64,000 nucleotides of DNA from Escherichia coli. GTDB taxonomy: Bacteria; Pseudomonadota; Gammaproteobacteria; Enterobacterales; Enterobacteriaceae. The notes below the pieces were generated by a model. It worked only from the letters and a program-made list of their open reading frames with translations. It was not told where the DNA came from and made no database searches. This document shows, piece after piece, positions 62,780-64,000 of this stretch (positions are counted from its first letter, which is position 1; every line of letters begins with the position of its first letter). The stretch lies in the NCBI RefSeq assembly GCF_024502345.1, contig NZ_JALDNN010000001.1; one strand, 5' to 3'. The translations under genes and the position numbers were made by a program.

Positions 62780-62798
62780 TGTAATCATAACTATTCTC
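62780..62798 (+). promoter_or_regulatory. Possible Fur box in the bfd promoter region
   Basis: TGTAATCATAACTATTCTC matches about 13 of 19 positions of GATAATGATAATCATTATC; about 40 bp upstream of bfd. Confidence 0.35.
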
Positions 62799-62834
62799 AT
62801 TTACACTTTGCGCAGAATTTGAACGGGAGCAATC

Positions 62835-63029
62835 ATGTACGTTTGTTTGTGTAATGGTGTAAGTGACAAAAAAATTCGCCAGGCAGTCCGTCAGTTTCAT
62901 CCGCAATCTTTCCAACAATTGCGTAAGTTTATTCCTGTGGGAAATCAATGTGGTAAGTGCATTCGCGCCGCGCGCGAAGTGATGCAGGACGAGTTGATGC
63001 AGATGCCAGAATTTAAAGAGATTGCTTGA
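62835..63029 (+). CDS. bfd: Bacterioferritin-associated ferredoxin
   Basis: 64-aa ORF MYVCLCNGVSDKKIRQAVRQ... with CxC...CxxC [2Fe-2S] ligands. Confidence 0.95.
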   Translation: MYVCLCNGVSDKKIRQAVRQFHPQSFQQLRKFIPVGNQCGKCIRAAREVMQDELMQMPEFKEIA

Positions 63030-63101
63030 AGCCCACGCTTATTTTTTGACAACCAGCTAGCCCCATCTACGCTCTAATAGTGGAAGCGGAGGGACTATAA
63101 A

Positions 63102-63578
63102 ATGAAAGGTGATGTTAAAATCATAAATTATCTCAATAAACTATTGGGAAATGAGCTTGTCGCAATCAATCAGTATTTTCTCCATGCCCGGATGTTTAAA
63201 AACTGGGGGCTGATGCGTCTCAATGACGTTGAATACCATGAATCCATCGATGAGATGAAACACGCTGATAAGTATATCGAGCGTATTTTGTTTTTAGAAG
63301 GAGTCCCCAACTTACAGGATTTAGGCAAACTGGGGATTGGTGAAGATGTCGAAGAGATGCTGCAATCCGACCTGCGATTAGAGCTGGAAGGCGCGAAGGA
63401 TCTGCGTGAGGCTATCGCATATGCCGACAGCGTTCATGACTATGTTAGCCGCGATATGATGATCGAGATCCTTGCTGATGAAGAAGGTCATATCGACTGG
63501 CTCGAAACTGAACTGGATCTCATCGGTAAAATCGGCCTACAAAATTACCTGCAATCACAAATTAAAGTTAAAGATTAA
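63102..63578 (+). CDS. bfr: Bacterioferritin
   Basis: 158-aa [40 protein letters not shown]... Confidence 0.97.
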   Translation: MKGDVKIINYLNKLLGNELVAINQYFLHARMFKNWGLMRLNDVEYHESIDEMKHADKYIERILFLEGVPNLQDLGKLGIGEDVEEMLQSDLRLELEGAKDLREAIAYADSVHDYVSRDMMIEILADEEGHIDWLETELDLIGKIGLQNYLQSQIKVKD

Positions 63579-64000
63579 CGGCCTATCAGCAAACTATCCC
63601 AGCCTATAACGAAACCCGCAGCCGCCAGAAATGGCCCAAAGGGCAGCGGGTTTTTTAATGATTCTTTTCCTCTCATGAGCAGACCAATAACTACGGCTCC
63701 GCAAGCGAATGAGGCAGCAAGGAAAACCAGTCGTGGTAAGAAGGCCCATGAATGCCAGGCGCCAAGGGCGGCGAGAAACTTCACATCACCATAGCCTAAT
63801 CCTTCTTTATGGCGCAGTATACGATACCCCCAGTAAATGACAGCGAATGTGCCGTAACCAACAATTGCCCCCCATAACGCATCGGCTAAACCATCAGGAT
63901 GACAAACTTGATAGAACAAAAGACCTGACCAGAGTAACGGGCACGTAAATCTGTCAGGTAACAAGCCATGCTTTGCATCCCAGAAAAAAAGTAGGGCTGA
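63575..64000 (-). CDS. hofD: Prepilin-peptidase-like leader peptidase HofD/HopD, 3' part; start lies beyond the window end
   Basis: Reverse-strand frame open to the window edge; hydrophobic ...[30 protein letters not shown]...[17 protein letters not shown]..., typical of A24 prepilin peptidases. Confidence 0.8.
   Translation of the reverse strand, partial: SALLFFWDAKHGLLPDRFTCPLLWSGLLFYQVCHPDGLADALWGAIVGYGTFAVIYWGYRILRHKEGLGYGDVKFLAALGAWHSWAFLPRLVFLAASFACGAVVIGLLMRGKESLKNPLPFGPFLAAAGFVIGWDSLLIGR

Overview
The window is a contiguous stretch of an Escherichia coli-type chromosome. Gene content and order match the K-12 pck-to-hofD region read in reverse orientation, but rpsG is the short 156-codon allele, so the source is probably not K-12 itself. 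I identify about 75 protein-coding genes, all assigned by recognising their translated sequences and lengths; no search tool was run. Left to right: pckA (5' end), yhgE, hslO-hslR-yrfG-igaA, nudE, mrcA, hofMNOPQ, the aroK-aroB-damX-dam-rpe-gph-trpS superoperon, the uncharacterised yhfZ-yhfY-yhfX-yhfW-php-yhfU-yhfT-yhfS cluster, frlRDCBA, yhfL, cysG-nirCDB, tsgA, ppiA, yhfG-fic-pabA, argD, yhfK, crp, yhfA, prkB, yheUTS, kefGB, yheV, slyD, slyX, fkpA, yheO-tusDCB, rpsL-rpsG-fusA-tufA, bfd-bfr and the 3' part of hofD. I found no rRNA, tRNA, CRISPR array, IS element or prophage. This is mostly well-characterised core genome, so I do not claim a clearly novel system. The best candidate for undescribed biology is the eight-gene yhf cluster: it is bracketed by two perfect 43-bp direct repeats and carries two palindromic operator-like sites sharing a TTCA/TGAA core. 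Other points worth a second look are an interrupted reading frame in yhgE, a degenerate Fic motif, and two small genes absent from the ORF track (yhfL, yhfG).
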